From positions 15,438,001-15,502,000 of the forward strand of contig JBHGNT010000004.1 in the NCBI GenBank assembly GCA_043228905.1: a stretch of DNA of 64,000 nt. Reading direction: 5' to 3'. Source of the DNA: Azolla caroliniana (Eukaryota; Plantae; Polypodiophyta). The notes beneath the pieces were generated by a model. That model was not told where the DNA came from, did no database searches, and saw only the letters and a list, made by a program, of their open reading frames with translations. Position 1 is the first letter of the stretch; each line of letters starts with the position of its first letter. Positions 48,932 through 61,288 of the stretch are shown here, piece after piece. A program made the translations under genes and the position numbers.

Positions 48932-51900
48932 TTACTCTTCGCCTGCCGGCCCTTCCTCGGCCTCGGATCGGTCGTCGCTGCTGTCCAGGAGAATCGGGTC
49001 GGGTTCGTCGTCGTGCCGCTTCTTGAAAGCTTTGATCCTCTTCCCGGCCACGGGTATCGCTATTCTCGTACCGTCGAGTTCCGCCAGGTGATACGTCCCG
49101 TTGTCGTTGGCGCTCTGTACCGTGTACGGCCCGAACCATCTCCGTGCGAACTTCCTTGTTGCTCGGTGCTGGTTGTCGAGGCTGCTGTCGTAGACGAGCA
49201 CCCAGTCACCTTCGTCGATTTTCTTCGGTCGTAGCCGGTGCGTTCGGTCGAACCGGGCTTTGTTCTTCGTCCTCGCCACCCGGAGCTTCTCCGTAGCCAG
49301 TGCCACGTCCTCCGGTCTCCGCTCGAGCTGTCGTATACGTGCGGCCAACAACTCCTCCCGGCTCATCTCGTCCCGCCAGTCGACCGTTGCCCACGAGGAG
49401 ATCGTTCGTTCAATCGGCATGATCGGCTTCTGGCCGAACATGAGCTCCGTCGGCATGTACCCGGTTACCGAACTGTGCGTGGTCCGGTCTGCCCACAAAG
49501 CATAAGGTAGAAGTCGCGGCCAGTTGCCGACTTGGCCTCCGCATGCCCGAACCAGCGCCTTAACGATCGGCCCGTGTCCGCGCTCCACCTTTCCATTCGC
49601 CTCCGGGTTGTACGCTGTGGTGAGCGAGAGTTTGACTCCAAGCCGGTCGAACAGCTCCGCGGCCTCTTCGGCGTCCAACTCCCCTCGGTCAGCCACGATC
49701 TTCCCGACGCACCCGTACCGGCATATCACGTCCTCGACTAGGAACCGACACACGGCCGCGGTCGTCTTGTTCTGAAGGGCTCGGCCTTCCACCTGGTTCG
49801 TCAGGTCTTCCCGCGCTAGGACCAGATACCGCATCTGTCCTACCCCCATCGGCATCGTCACCAGATCTACCATCCATTTGAAGTGGATAGTCGGAGGGTA
49901 CGTAGGGTGAAGCCCGTCCCGGTGTCGGACTATCGAGTGCATCTGACAACTCTCGCAAGTTGACACGAACCGATGCACGTCCCGGTACAATCCCGGCCAC
50001 CAGTACTTTCCCTTCAGCTTCTCAAACGTCGCCCACGTTCCACGGTGTCCAGCCCAAGGGCCGTCGTGGTAGGCCGCCAGTAGCTCCTCCTGTACTTCCT
50101 TCATCGCCACCACTCGGAGCGGGACGCCGTCCCTCTTCTTCGGGTGCTTCCATAGATGCCCATCTCGGAGAAAGAATCGATATGCTTTCTTCCGGATCCG
50201 GTTGGCCTCGTCCTTCGTCCATGACGCATCGGGCGTCATTGTCTTCAAAAACCCGCCGATCTGCAGCCACTCCCCGTCGTACTTGCTCGCGTCGAACTCG
50301 TTAAGCGCCGGAGTGCTCATCCCGTCGGTCGTTATGTATGCCGCCTCGAAGAAATCCACGCCGACTTCTTCGTCTTCCGAAACCATGCCGCCCTCGTCGT
50401 CGAACCTCGCCCTCGAAAGCATGTCGGCCATGGCGTTGTCTTTCCCGGAAATGTGTCGTATTTCCGGGTCCAGGGACTTGATGTACGCTATCCACCTGAG
50501 CATCGCCAGGTCCGGAGTCGCGCATCCGGAAACCATACCGAGAATCGGCAGGCAATCCGTCTCGATGATCACTTCCGTCCCTATCAGGTAGTCTTTGTCG
50601 GCCTTAACCGCCGAAACAATACCCCAGAGTTCGCGTTTAACCTGGGCGTATCCTCGCTGCCGTTCACTGAGGACTTTCGCGCCGAATCGGATCGGAAACC
50701 GATTGCCGTCCTCGTCTTCCTGGTTCACGACCCATCCGATCCCGGTCGAACTGGTATCCACCGTTATGAATACCGGGGTACCCTTCCCGTAAACCGCCTT
50801 CCGGATTGCCGGTGCCGTTGCAAGGGCCTCTTTCAGCTTCCGGACCGATTCCGCGTGCTTGTCTAGCCATTCGAACCTTCGCCCCTTTTTCAGCAACCCG
50901 TACAGCGGCTCCGCGAGGTGTGCGTAATGCGGGATCCATATGTGGTAGAACGCGCATGCCCCCAGGAATCTCCGTACTTCCGTGACCGAGCTGCAGTCGG
51001 GCTTCATCGCGGAGATGGCTTCTACCTTTGCCGGAGACGGTTTCCGGCCATATGGTCCGCACAGGTGTCCGACCACCATGATTTCTGACTGCCCGAAGGC
51101 CGACTTCTCCCCGGAGAAGGTGAGTCTCGCATCCTCTAGCCTTTGCAGCACCTTCTCGCAGTCGTCGATGTGCGTCGCCACGAATCGCCGGCATCCGTCC
51201 GGCCCGATCGTCTCGTCCTTTTCTTCCACCGGGCATCCCTTGATCGGGATGTCGTCCAGAAACGGCATGGTGATGTCCGGGATACAGTCCCTCAGAACCT
51301 TGTTCATCGCATTCACCATGTGGGCCACCGAGTTGGTCCCTCCTTGCGGCAGTGTACACATCCGAACTAGGCCGAGGGGAGTTCGCATCGTCGTAATGTC
51401 TCTGCTCTCCACGGCTAGCTGGAACTGGTCGTACCCTGAGTATAGATCCCCGACCGAGTAAATTGACCTTCCGGCGAAGGCCTCCGCGAACTCGTCTATG
51501 GTCGGTCCGATCCCTGCGTTCCGAATGGTCACTCGATTGACCGGCTGCAGGTCCTGGATGAAGCGCAACGAACCGTTTTTCTTCGGTACCGTAAACCAGC
51601 GGTTTGAATACGGGGCGCTCGATGGCTCGAGAATGCCCATATCAACCTTCTGCCTCAGCAGCTCCATCAACTTCGGGATGTGAGCTCTCGGAACCGGGAT
51701 TGGCTTGAGATTCCATGGTACATGCGGTACCGTGAATATCACCATCGGCTCCACGATCCTCGGGTCAACGCACCCGATTTCCTCCGGCGAGAATGCGAAG
51801 GCTTTCCCGTGCCTTCCGAGCATTCTCCGAAACCGGTCTTCCTCCGCCGGCAGTAGGAACCCGCCCCCACCGATTTTGAGCTCTCGGAGCGTCCCGTCAG

Positions 51901-52160
51901 TGAAGGTGTGCCCTATGCAGGCCGGATCTCGTAGACTAGGGTCCGATGCAACCCCTTTGATTCTCGACGCGCTGTCCTCCGGTAAGGGTGCCGCTACTGG
52001 CCTTACCTTCCGGTCCACAGTCTTGTACTTGGTGTTTACGTGGGCCGTCCGAACTGACTCGAGCCCTCGACCGAAGTCCGCGATGACTTCGTACATCTCC
52101 TCGGAACACACCGGTATCGTCCGGTCTTCGTTAAGGCCTTCTTCGACTACCTTTCCCAGC
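48932..52160 (-). CDS. Gypsy Pol (RT-RNase H-integrase), open for >1050 codons
   Basis: LPQGG, FLDD, RNase H (TVDTS, ETDC), HHCC, ADRGE, GPY; no chromodomain. Confidence 0.92.
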
Positions 52161-52408
52161 TCCCAAGGTGTCGTCGAAGGAGACTGCCTCCACGGCTCCG
52201 TTGATCCCTTCGTCAGGGCCGAGAACTCCGCACGCCCGAAGTCTCCCCTCCGTCCTTGTTTTCTCTCGGCCGGTGATGCCGACCATCGTGCATGCTCCGC
52301 TGTCGGAGAAGCAAAATTTCCTACCTAGTGTACACGGTTTTATCGTACAGATGTGGGGTTTTTCCGGAGCATCCGGACTGTCGCGGCCCCACGCCTTGGC
52401 AGTCCTCT

Positions 52409-54535
52409 CTAAAAATCCTCTCGGTTTTCGGAACCGAGGGAATCGCGGTTACGTTCGTGGTTCGGCCTTACCGTCAGAAACTGGACCGAATGGCGCCCGT
52501 CTTGGCTTTTGACCCTAGCGTAGGCCGAACCATTGTCCAGCACTTTGGTCTCCATTCGCGCCGCCGTGATGTACGGCTCTCCCAGAATGACCGGATGCGA
52601 AGACGTCTCCTGCACGAAGAAGTGCTGGTCAATCTCGACGTCGCCAATCTTGACTCGCACATCCGGACAGGCCCCGTGCAGTTCCTCGGTGGCGCGCGTT
52701 GCTGCCCTTATTTTCCACCCGTGCTTGGTGTTGATCGGCCATTTGCCCTTCTTATAGAAGTCCATGGACATCAAATTGATCTCCGATCCGTGGTCCACCA
52801 AAGCTATCACCGGTTCCCGGACATCGCCGATCTTCACCGGGGTCTCCGTGGTCGCTCGGGCCCAGTGTGGTCTCGAATAGTGGCTTTCTGCCCACTCGTC
52901 TCCCAGCGCCATGTCGTCTAGGTGCGTCGTCCGCACTTCCACCGGTCTTTCCGGTTCTGTCTCCGTCGACAGCCTCTTCCGTTTCACCAAGTCCACGATG
53001 GAGTCGTGGAACTCCTTCTTGGCGATTCCCAGCACCTCTCGTAACGACAGCTCCACCTTGCTGTCGAGGATCCGTTCCTCCAGGACCTTTCGTAAGTCCG
53101 TGGTCCTTTCTATCTCCGTCCCCAGACGGTACCCGCCCTTCTGGGGTTTATCTTGCGTGCCGGCCCCGCCGGCTTCGTCCCGTCGTGGCCCGGACCGGGT
53201 CTCGTATCGTTGTGAGGGACCGGTCGTCCCAGGTCTCCCCACCCGCTTCTCTTCTACCAGAGCCTCGTAGTTCTGGCAAGCGGCTTCCACGAAGCCCGTC
53301 CTTTCCTCGACCGGGTCGCTCCACCCGGTCATCTCCCGTACCCGTTTCTCCGCACGGTCCGATTCCTCCCCTTTTAGCCTTGCACCGGCAAGGCCTTCCA
53401 GCATCGTCGGCCAGAATCCGGCTTTGCTTTCCCTTCGGGCCTCGCCACCCCCGACTCGAATGCCGGCCGACGCCGAGTAGTGGACGGTTTCCGCGTGCCG
53501 GGCCGCCGCCTCTTCCGTCAACCTTTTCATACCACCTTTTCCGTCGTTTCGGCTCAGGGCCCTTCGGGTGTCGCTGGCATGCACCCGTCCTTCCCACAGG
53601 TACACCACCCCGTTCCTCAGCGCCTCCGCGAAGTCGCCGCAGTCCTTCCGAATGTGGCCGACTTCATCGCACCACATGCACCTGTTTCCTGCCGCCGGCC
53701 GTCGGTCGCGAGCCGGTTCGCCTCCTTCCCTTCGGGCCTGCGCGATTTGGAGGTCCTTTATCGCCTTCGTCAATTCCTCCAGCGCCGCTCCTCCGGTTGA
53801 GCCTCTGACTACGCCGGTCGAAGCCGAACCGGTTTCCAACCACTCCCGGGTCTCTTCCTTGCGCACCTGTGGCGCTGGTTCGAGCTTCCTTGCTGCGACC
53901 GAGCCCGACCCGGTCGCCCCGTTATCCGCCCATTCTCGCCGTTTGTCGAAACGGCCACAGACTTTCTTGACAGCCGCCCAGTCGGTAGTGAGCCCGTCTT
54001 CAGTTTCCAGCAAGAGGCCCACGTGCTCCCGATCCCGCTCGTCGACCGACTTGACAAACAGCAAGACCCGGCTCGTGTCCAGGATGGTTCGGTCGAGCGC
54101 CGAAAGGCGCGCAAAGTTTTCCTCGAACTCCCGGAGGAGCGCCGACGCGTTTCTTCCCTTCCCCGGGGACTCCACCCATTCCATGAACCTTCGCTTCGAA
54201 AGCCGGAGCGCGTCGTCCAGCCCGTATTTCTCTAGGAGCCGACCTTCGAACTTCTCCCAGGTACGGCTCTCCGCCCGCACCTCGAGCACCTCCGCATGGA
54301 TGCTCGGCATTGCCACTCGGGGAAATCCGGCAAGACGCCTTTCTTCCGGAATGTCCCGCATCAGCATCTCTGCACCGTAGGACGCCAAATACTTCGTGGC
54401 ATGCTTCCCATCGAACCGGCCGATCGTGCCGACGACCGCCTCAATAGCTCTGTCGAGGGCACCGGTGCCCTCGCGCGCGTTTACAATCCGATCCACGGCC
54501 GAAGCCATGGCCTCCGCAAGATCCGACCCCCTCAT
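52409..54535 (-). CDS. Gypsy Gag-protease ORF
   Basis: CMWCDEVGHIRKDC zinc knuckle; ALVDHGSEIN protease-like motif; ILGEPY; ends EDF*. Confidence 0.9.
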   Translation of the reverse strand: MRGSDLAEAMASAVDRIVNAREGTGALDRAIEAVVGTIGRFDGKHATKYLASYGAEMLMRDIPEERRLAGFPRVAMPSIHAEVLEVRAESRTWEKFEGRLLEKYGLDDALRLSKRRFMEWVESPGKGRNASALLREFEENFARLSALDRTILDTSRVLLFVKSVDERDREHVGLLLETEDGLTTDWAAVKKVCGRFDKRREWADNGATGSGSVAARKLEPAPQVRKEETREWLETGSASTGVVRGSTGGAALEELTKAIKDLQIAQARREGGEPARDRRPAAGNRCMWCDEVGHIRKDCGDFAEALRNGVVYLWEGRVHASDTRRALSRNDGKGGMKRLTEEAAARHAETVHYSASAGIRVGGGEARRESKAGFWPTMLEGLAGARLKGEESDRAEKRVREMTGWSDPVEERTGFVEAACQNYEALVEEKRVGRPGTTGPSQRYETRSGPRRDEAGGAGTQDKPQKGGYRLGTEIERTTDLRKVLEERILDSKVELSLREVLGIAKKEFHDSIVDLVKRKRLSTETEPERPVEVRTTHLDDMALGDEWAESHYSRPHWARATTETPVKIGDVREPVIALVDHGSEINLMSMDFYKKGKWPINTKHGWKIRAATRATEELHGACPDVRVKIGDVEIDQHFFVQETSSHPVILGEPYITAARMETKVLDNGSAYARVKSQDGRHSVQFLTVRPNHERNRDSLGSENREDF

Positions 54536-55603
54536 CTTCTGCTCTTCTGCCGCCTCTTTCACGTCGGGTTCACCAAAGATGTCGAGTTTTTACGCAAGTG
54601 CGTGTGGAATCGAGGCGGGACCGCGGGGGTCTCGAACCGAAGAGCAAGCGAGGGAGGAGAAAGAGAGAGAACCGGCTACGCAGGACCGGGAATACACAGG
54701 GACACGGCCCTTCAGCACGGAGAACGCGAACGAACACCGACACAGACAGATGCGAATGACTAAATATATATATCAAGAATGGCTAACACGACTACAACCC
54801 TCGATGGGGCACAGGTTGGTTACAACCGAGCAGGCCGGCGAACAGATGCCGATGCCTGTTCACTTCGACGCACAAGGGGGTAGCCGGTCGGAGGTGCTGC
54901 CGGAAGCACTCGGGCGTTCCTCGAGACAGCGCAAGCCTCCTCGGAACCCTGCACAGAAAGCTATGGAGCTCAAGAAGGAAGGAGACAGAGAGAGAAGCGT
55001 CCAGAAACGGTCCGGCAGCACTTCGTCCTCTCTGCGCCAGCCCCCGCAACAGCTCTTTCCCCGCTCTTATATAGTCCGACGAGCAGGCCTTCATGTCAGC
55101 TTTATTCCCTGTCCCTTTCGAACAGGGATCCGCTCCGTTCTTCACGCATCCGCGTAGTTACGCCGCCGACTCGTGCCGTCCTTTAGCTCGCGCGCGCGCT
55201 CGAAAGGATTGTTCGCGCGGTCTTTGTCTCCACTTGTGTTAGGGCCCGTTCCCGCCGACTATCCTCCTAATTCGCTTCTACGTACAACTCGGAGCGTGCG
55301 CGCGTGAAGAACCGGTTCCCACGCCTTGGTGCGCCCGATTCCTCTTGTGGGCGGTTTTCTTCACGACACCGTTTCTCGTGTAATAAAGTGCATTCGAAAC
55401 CTCCATCATTTTGTACTTAGATATTAAATCTATTTAAAATGTTATCTTCACAATTATTGTACTATGTGATTCATACTCGATTTCGTACGTTTTATGGGAT
55501 TTTCACACTATTGCAGAAAATCTTCACGACATGCACCCCCACCAAACCGCACGTCCTCCGGTACGTGCCAAGAAGAGAAGAAGTGAGATTTTGGCTACGA
55601 TGA

Positions 55604-58600
55604 TCAATTAGATTCCTCCATGTCTTCATTTTCATCCGGCCTATTATGTTCATCGTCGAGGTAATCGAGGTCAGGATCCTTGTCTTGTCTTTTCTTGAAA
55701 AGCTTTACTCTTTTTCCCGCAATGGGTACGGCCAACCTTGATCCGTTTAGTTCCGCAAGGTGGTATGTGGCATTATCGTTGGCACTTGTCACCACATACG
55801 GCCCGAACCATCTTCTTGCGAACTTCCTTGTTGTACTGTGTTGATTGTCAAGGGTGCTGTCGTAAACCAAAACCCAATCCCCTTCTTCAATCTTCTTGGG
55901 ACGAAGTCGATGCGTGTTGTCGAACCGAACTTCGTTCTTTACTCGGGCTGCCTTCATCATCTTTCGCGCTTTTTCTAAATCTTCAGGTCTTCTTTCAAGT
56001 TGCCTTATCCGCGCCGCTAATAACTCTTCTCGGCTCATCTCGTTCTCCCACGGTATCGCTACCCATGAGGCGATCGTCCTTTCGATGGGCATAATCGGCT
56101 TTTGTCCATACATAAGCTCCGTCGGCATATACCTTGTCACCGAGCTATGTGTCGTTCTATCGGCCCATAAGGCATAGGGTAATAGTCGTGGCCAATTCCC
56201 GACTCGACCGTTGCATGCCCGTACGATGGCTTTAACGATAGGTCCATGCCCTCGCTCGATCTTCCCATTTGCTTCCGGATTGTAGGCAGTCGTGAGGGAG
56301 AGCTTCACGCCTAGTCTTTCGAAGAGCTCCGTCGCTTCGTGCGCATCCAACTCCCCTCGGTCGGCCACTATCTTCCCTACACATCCATATCGGCAAACAA
56401 CATCTTCAAGTAGAAATTTGCAAACGGCTGAAGTCGTCTTATTTGTCAAGGCTCGTCCTTCCACTTGATTTGTCAAGTCTTCCCTTGCCAACGCTAAGTA
56501 GTTCATTTGTCCCACTCCCATTGGCATCGAGACTAGATCCACCATCCATTTGAAGTGTATGGTGAGTGGGTATGTCGGCTTTAACTCATCACGATGACGT
56601 ATATTTGAATATACTTGGCAAGTTTCGCATGTGGACACGAAATGGAGTACATCTTTGTACATGCTTGGCCACCAGTACTTCTCCTTCAACTTTTCGAACG
56701 TTGCCCATGTTCCTCTATGACCTGCCCAAGCACTCTCGTGGAATTCGGTCATCAGCGTCTCTTGCTCTTCTTTCTTTACCACCACTCGTCGTGGTATTCC
56801 TGTCCTTCTTTTTGGATGTCGCCAAAGGAATCCTCCCTTCAAGAAGTATTGGTAAGCTTTCTTTCGGATTCATAGGGCCTCCTCCTTTGTCAATGAAGCA
56901 TCTGTCGTCAATGTTCTTAGGAATCTACCGATGAGTAACCACTCTCCTTCGTACTCGTTCTCGTTGAAGGCGTGGAGGGTTTGCGTGTCCTGGTCTTCCG
57001 CCGACAATCAAGCCATCTTGAAGAAGTCGAGGGCGACATCTTAATCTTCCGAAACCATGTTACTTCCGTTTGAAAATCTTGCCCTCGACAGCATGTCAGC
57101 CATGGCGTTCTTCTTCTCTGCAATGTGACGGATCTCTGGGTTTAAAGACTTGATGTAGGCGATCCACCTTAGCATAGCAAGATCTGGGGTCGCACATCCC
57201 GAGACCATTCCGAGAATTGGGAGACAATCTGTCTCTATTATCACTTCTGACCCGATCAAGTAATCTTTGTCCGTCTTCACTGCCGACACAATACCCCAAA
57301 GTTCCCGCTTGACTTGGGCATATCTTTGTTGCCGTTCGCTGAGAACCTTTGCTCCGAACCGGACGGCATATCGCGCATTATCTTCACCTTCTTGATTGAT
57401 GACCCACCTGATTCCGGTTGGGCTCGTATCTACAGTCACGTAAATTGGCTTCCCTTCGGCATAGTCGGCCTTCCTTAGTGCCGGAGCTTCAAGAAGCAGT
57501 TTCTTTAATCTTCGCATCGCCTTTGTGTGCTCGTCTCGCCATTTGAACTTTATTCTTTTCTTTAGTAGTCCATATAACGGTTCGACGACATGAGCGTAGT
57601 GAGGAATCCATATATGATAAAACGCGCACGCTCCAAGGAACCTTCGAACCACCGTTTGGTTTTTGCATTCTTCTTTCATGTCTTGGATTGCGTTCACTTT
57701 GGATGGCGAGGGCTTCCGGCCGTATGCTCCACACAAGTGACCTACCACCAAGATCTCCGGTTGCCGGAATGCGGATTTTTCTCCCGAAAATGTCAAATTC
57801 GCATCTTCGAGCCTTTGAAGCACCTTCTCGCAATCTTTCATATGATCCACAACGAACTTTCTACAACCTTCCTTATCTTTCGATTCATCTTTCTCCTCAT
57901 CCGAACATCCTTTTATTGGAATATCATCCAAGAATGGCATCGTGATGTCCGGAATGCAATCCTTCAAGACTTTATTCATGGCATTCACCATATGAGCCAC
58001 CGAGTTCGTTGCGCCTTGGGGTAAGGTACACATCCGCACAAGCCCGATCGGAGTCCTCATGGTTGTGATGTCCCGAATGTCGATCGCCAATTGGAATTGG
58101 TCATATCCGGAGTAGAGATCGCCAATGGAGTAGATGGACCGGCCCGCAAACGCTTCGGCAAATTCGTCCACGCTCGGACCGATTCCGGCATTTCGAATTG
58201 TCACCTTGTTGACGGGTTGAAGATCTTGGATGAATCGCAATGATCCATTCTTCTCCGGCACCGTGAACCACCTATTGGAATAAGGAGCATTCGACGGTTC
58301 TAGAATTCCCATACTCACCTTCTCCTTTAAGAGCTCGATCAGCTTCGGAAGGTGTGCTCTCGGTACCAGTATCGGTTTCAAATTCCAAGACACATGAGGC
58401 ACCGTGAAGATCACCATCGGCTCTATAACCTTTGGGTCGGCGCATCCGATTTCTCGTGGGAAGAATGCGAAAGCCTTCCCATGTCTCTCAAGCATATCGC
58501 GAAATATTCGCTCCTCTTCAGGGAGAAGGAAATCCTCCTTTCCAACTCGTAGCTTCCCCTTCGTCTCTTTGGTGAAGACATGACCTATCTTCTTCGGATC

Positions 58601-59092
58601 TCTTAAGCTTGGATCGTTAGCGACTTCCTTCATCTTTTGCCAGCTATCTTCTGGTAGCGGAACCGCAACTGGCTTGATCTTCTTATCCACCGTTTTATAT
58701 TTCGTGTTGATGTCAGCTTCCTTCATCGAGATGCCACGACGGTATTCATCGATGATAGCGTACATGTTGATGGAGTTAACCGAAATCACGCGTTGGTTGT
58801 GAAGATAGCTCAAGTCCAGGACGTCCTCGATTTCGCCGATGGTGTCGTTAAATGAGGCTTCTTCCATAATATGAGTCACGAACTCTCCTTCTTCTATTAT
58901 ATTCTCTTCTTTCAGCATCTTCTCGAATTCTTGTATCCGGCGCTTGTGCTTCTTGTCGGGTAGTACTAGTTTACATGCGCCACTAGGTGTGACACATGTT
59001 GCTTCTCCTTGCAATCCATGCACTCTTCTTTCTTGTGGGGTCTTGTGATTGCTCGGACTATTTGTGCCCCATGCTTCAATAGTCCGCTCTAA
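55604..59092 (-). pseudogene. Element B pol (RT-RH-INT), disrupted near 56850-57040
   Basis: ORFs 57041-59023 and 55604-56842 are highly similar to element A Pol. Confidence 0.9.
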
Positions 59093-61288
59093 AAATCCGA
59101 GGATTCGCCTCCGAGACTATCTCGATTCCTTTCATGATTGGCTCGCACTGTTAGGAATTGGACTGATCTTTGGTTGTCAAGACTCTTTATTCGTGCGAAG
59201 GCTGCTCCATTATCGAACACTTTGGTCTCCATCCGAGATGATGTGATATAAGGTTGCCCTAGGATGACAGGATGCGACGCCGATTCTTGTACGAAGAAGT
59301 GTTGATCCATCTCCACATCCCCGATCGTGACTTTGACATTGGGACAAGCTCCGTACAAATCCTCCGTAGACTTTTTGCCGCGCGAATCTTCCATCCGTGG
59401 TTTGTAATTGGCCATCTTCCTTTTTTGTAGAAGTCGGTTGACATGAGGTTGATCTCCGAGCCGTGGTCGATCAAGGCTACCACGGTTTCTTTCTTCTCCC
59501 CGATCTTCACCGGCGTCTCCGTTGTCGCTCGTGCCCAATGAGGTCGAGTGTAGTGGCTGTCCACCATATCTTCATCGATTTCGTCTCTTGCCATCGTTAT
59601 GACATTCGTTTTTGCTTTTTGCGGCTTCTCTTCTTCCTCGTCCGATTGTTGTCTCTTTCTCTTTACAAGGTCCACGATCGTGTCATGGAACTCCTTCTTC
59701 GTAATGCCAAGCAATTCCCTCAAGGACAAAGTTACGTGGCTATCAAGAACTCGTTCTTCGAGAATCTTCTTTAGGTCCGTCGTCTGCTCTATGTCTGACC
59801 TTAGCTTGTAGGTAGGTATAGTCCTTGTCCTCCGAGCGGGGTCTTCGACACCAACCTTCACGGGCCGAACCGTTTCTTCAACTCGTATGCTCGGCTCCCC
59901 TTTTCGGCTTGATTCTCGTTCCTCCGTTTGTAAAGGTCGACTCGTCTCCGCATCGTCCTTCTTTTTCGCATTCCTTGTTTCATGTCTTTTTGATGGCCCT
60001 TGCTCTTCTATTCTCTTTCTCTTTTCTTCGACGAACACCTCGTGGTTGTCGCACATCACCTCTACGAGTATGGTGTTGTCGTCCACCGGATCCGACCACC
60101 CGGTTATGCTTTGCATGCTTCGGTCCGCAAGCTCTACCTCGTTCGATGTGATTTTTCCCTTCTTCTCATATTCGAGAACGGAAGTCCAAAACTTTGCTCC
60201 CGCTCTAGCAGCTTCAGTCTTGTCTTTCCCGACTCTTATTCCGGCCGACGCAGCATAGTGCATCGCATCCACATGAGTCGCATCGACATCCTCCATAGAT
60301 TTCTTCATTCCTCCTCTTCCGAAATTCACCCGTAGGGGTCTTCTAGTCTCGCTTGAGCAGATCATGTTGTCCTCTATGTATACAATATTTTGTCGAATCG
60401 CCTCTCGAAGGCTCACACAATCCCTTCTCATGTGGTCCATGCTATCGCACCACACGCATCTAAAGGGTTCTTTTCCCTTAGGGCCCCGACGATTCATGTT
60501 GGCTAGTGTGACCTTCTCGAACTTCTTCGCTAGCTCTTCAATGATGTCGTCATCAATCTTCTTTTCTTCCACGTTACTTTCTCTTGGCGGCTCAGCTACT
60601 TTCGGCGGTCTTGCTTTCTCCGTGGTAGTCGGTCCCGTCAAGTCGGTGTCATCAACCCATTGGCGATGCTTGTCAAGCCCATTGCATGCCCACTTCACCG
60701 CGATCCAGTCCGCTACGAGCCCATTTGCTTGGGTATCATCTTCGAGAAGAGTCCCCAACTCCCGTCTATCCTTTATGTCCACGGCCTTCAAGAAGTACAA
60801 AGTCTTGTCCTCTTCAAGCAACACTTGGTCCGTGTTGGGGAGACGACTAAACATCTGGTCGAATTCGTCGTACACCCTCGAGACGCTCATCTTCTTATTC
60901 TTCTTCTCTATCCACTTCATCAGGGCATGTCGGGTCATCCTCGTTGAGTCTTCAGTCACGAACTCCACTAGTATCGTTTTCTCGAACTCGGACCATGTTG
61001 TCTTACCTTCTTGAAGCTCGATGACGCGTCTTTGGATGTTGTTGGCGACAACTCTCTTGAAGCTTGCGATTTGACGTGCCTCGGACACGTCCCTCTGATT
61101 CATCTCCCTTCTATATGCATCAAGGAACTTCGTAACGTTCCTTCCATCGAATTGGCGTCGAGCTCTACGACACGATCGACAACCTTCTCCACGCTCGCGT
61201 CATTGTCCCGAGATCTCATCATTTGCTCGACGATTAGCATCATCCTTTCGAGCTCTCCCGCTTGGTTGCTTGAGGACGCCATCTCCAA
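59089..61288 (-). pseudogene. Element B gag-protease with two frameshifts
   Basis: CVWCDSMDHMRRDC; ALIDHGSEIN; ends SDF*. Confidence 0.9.

Larger units (their letters stand above)
48071..55368 (-). mobile_element. Young tRNA-Trp-primed Ty3/gypsy element A, inserted in the 3' LTR of element B
   Basis: 789-bp LTRs at 48071-48859 and 54580-55368 with no differences seen; 4-bp TSD CCGT; PBS 54558-54575. Confidence 0.97.

Noticed and set aside
52867-54380. Long ORFs antisense to gypsy gag
   Set aside because: Shadow ORFs expected from GC-rich codon usage.
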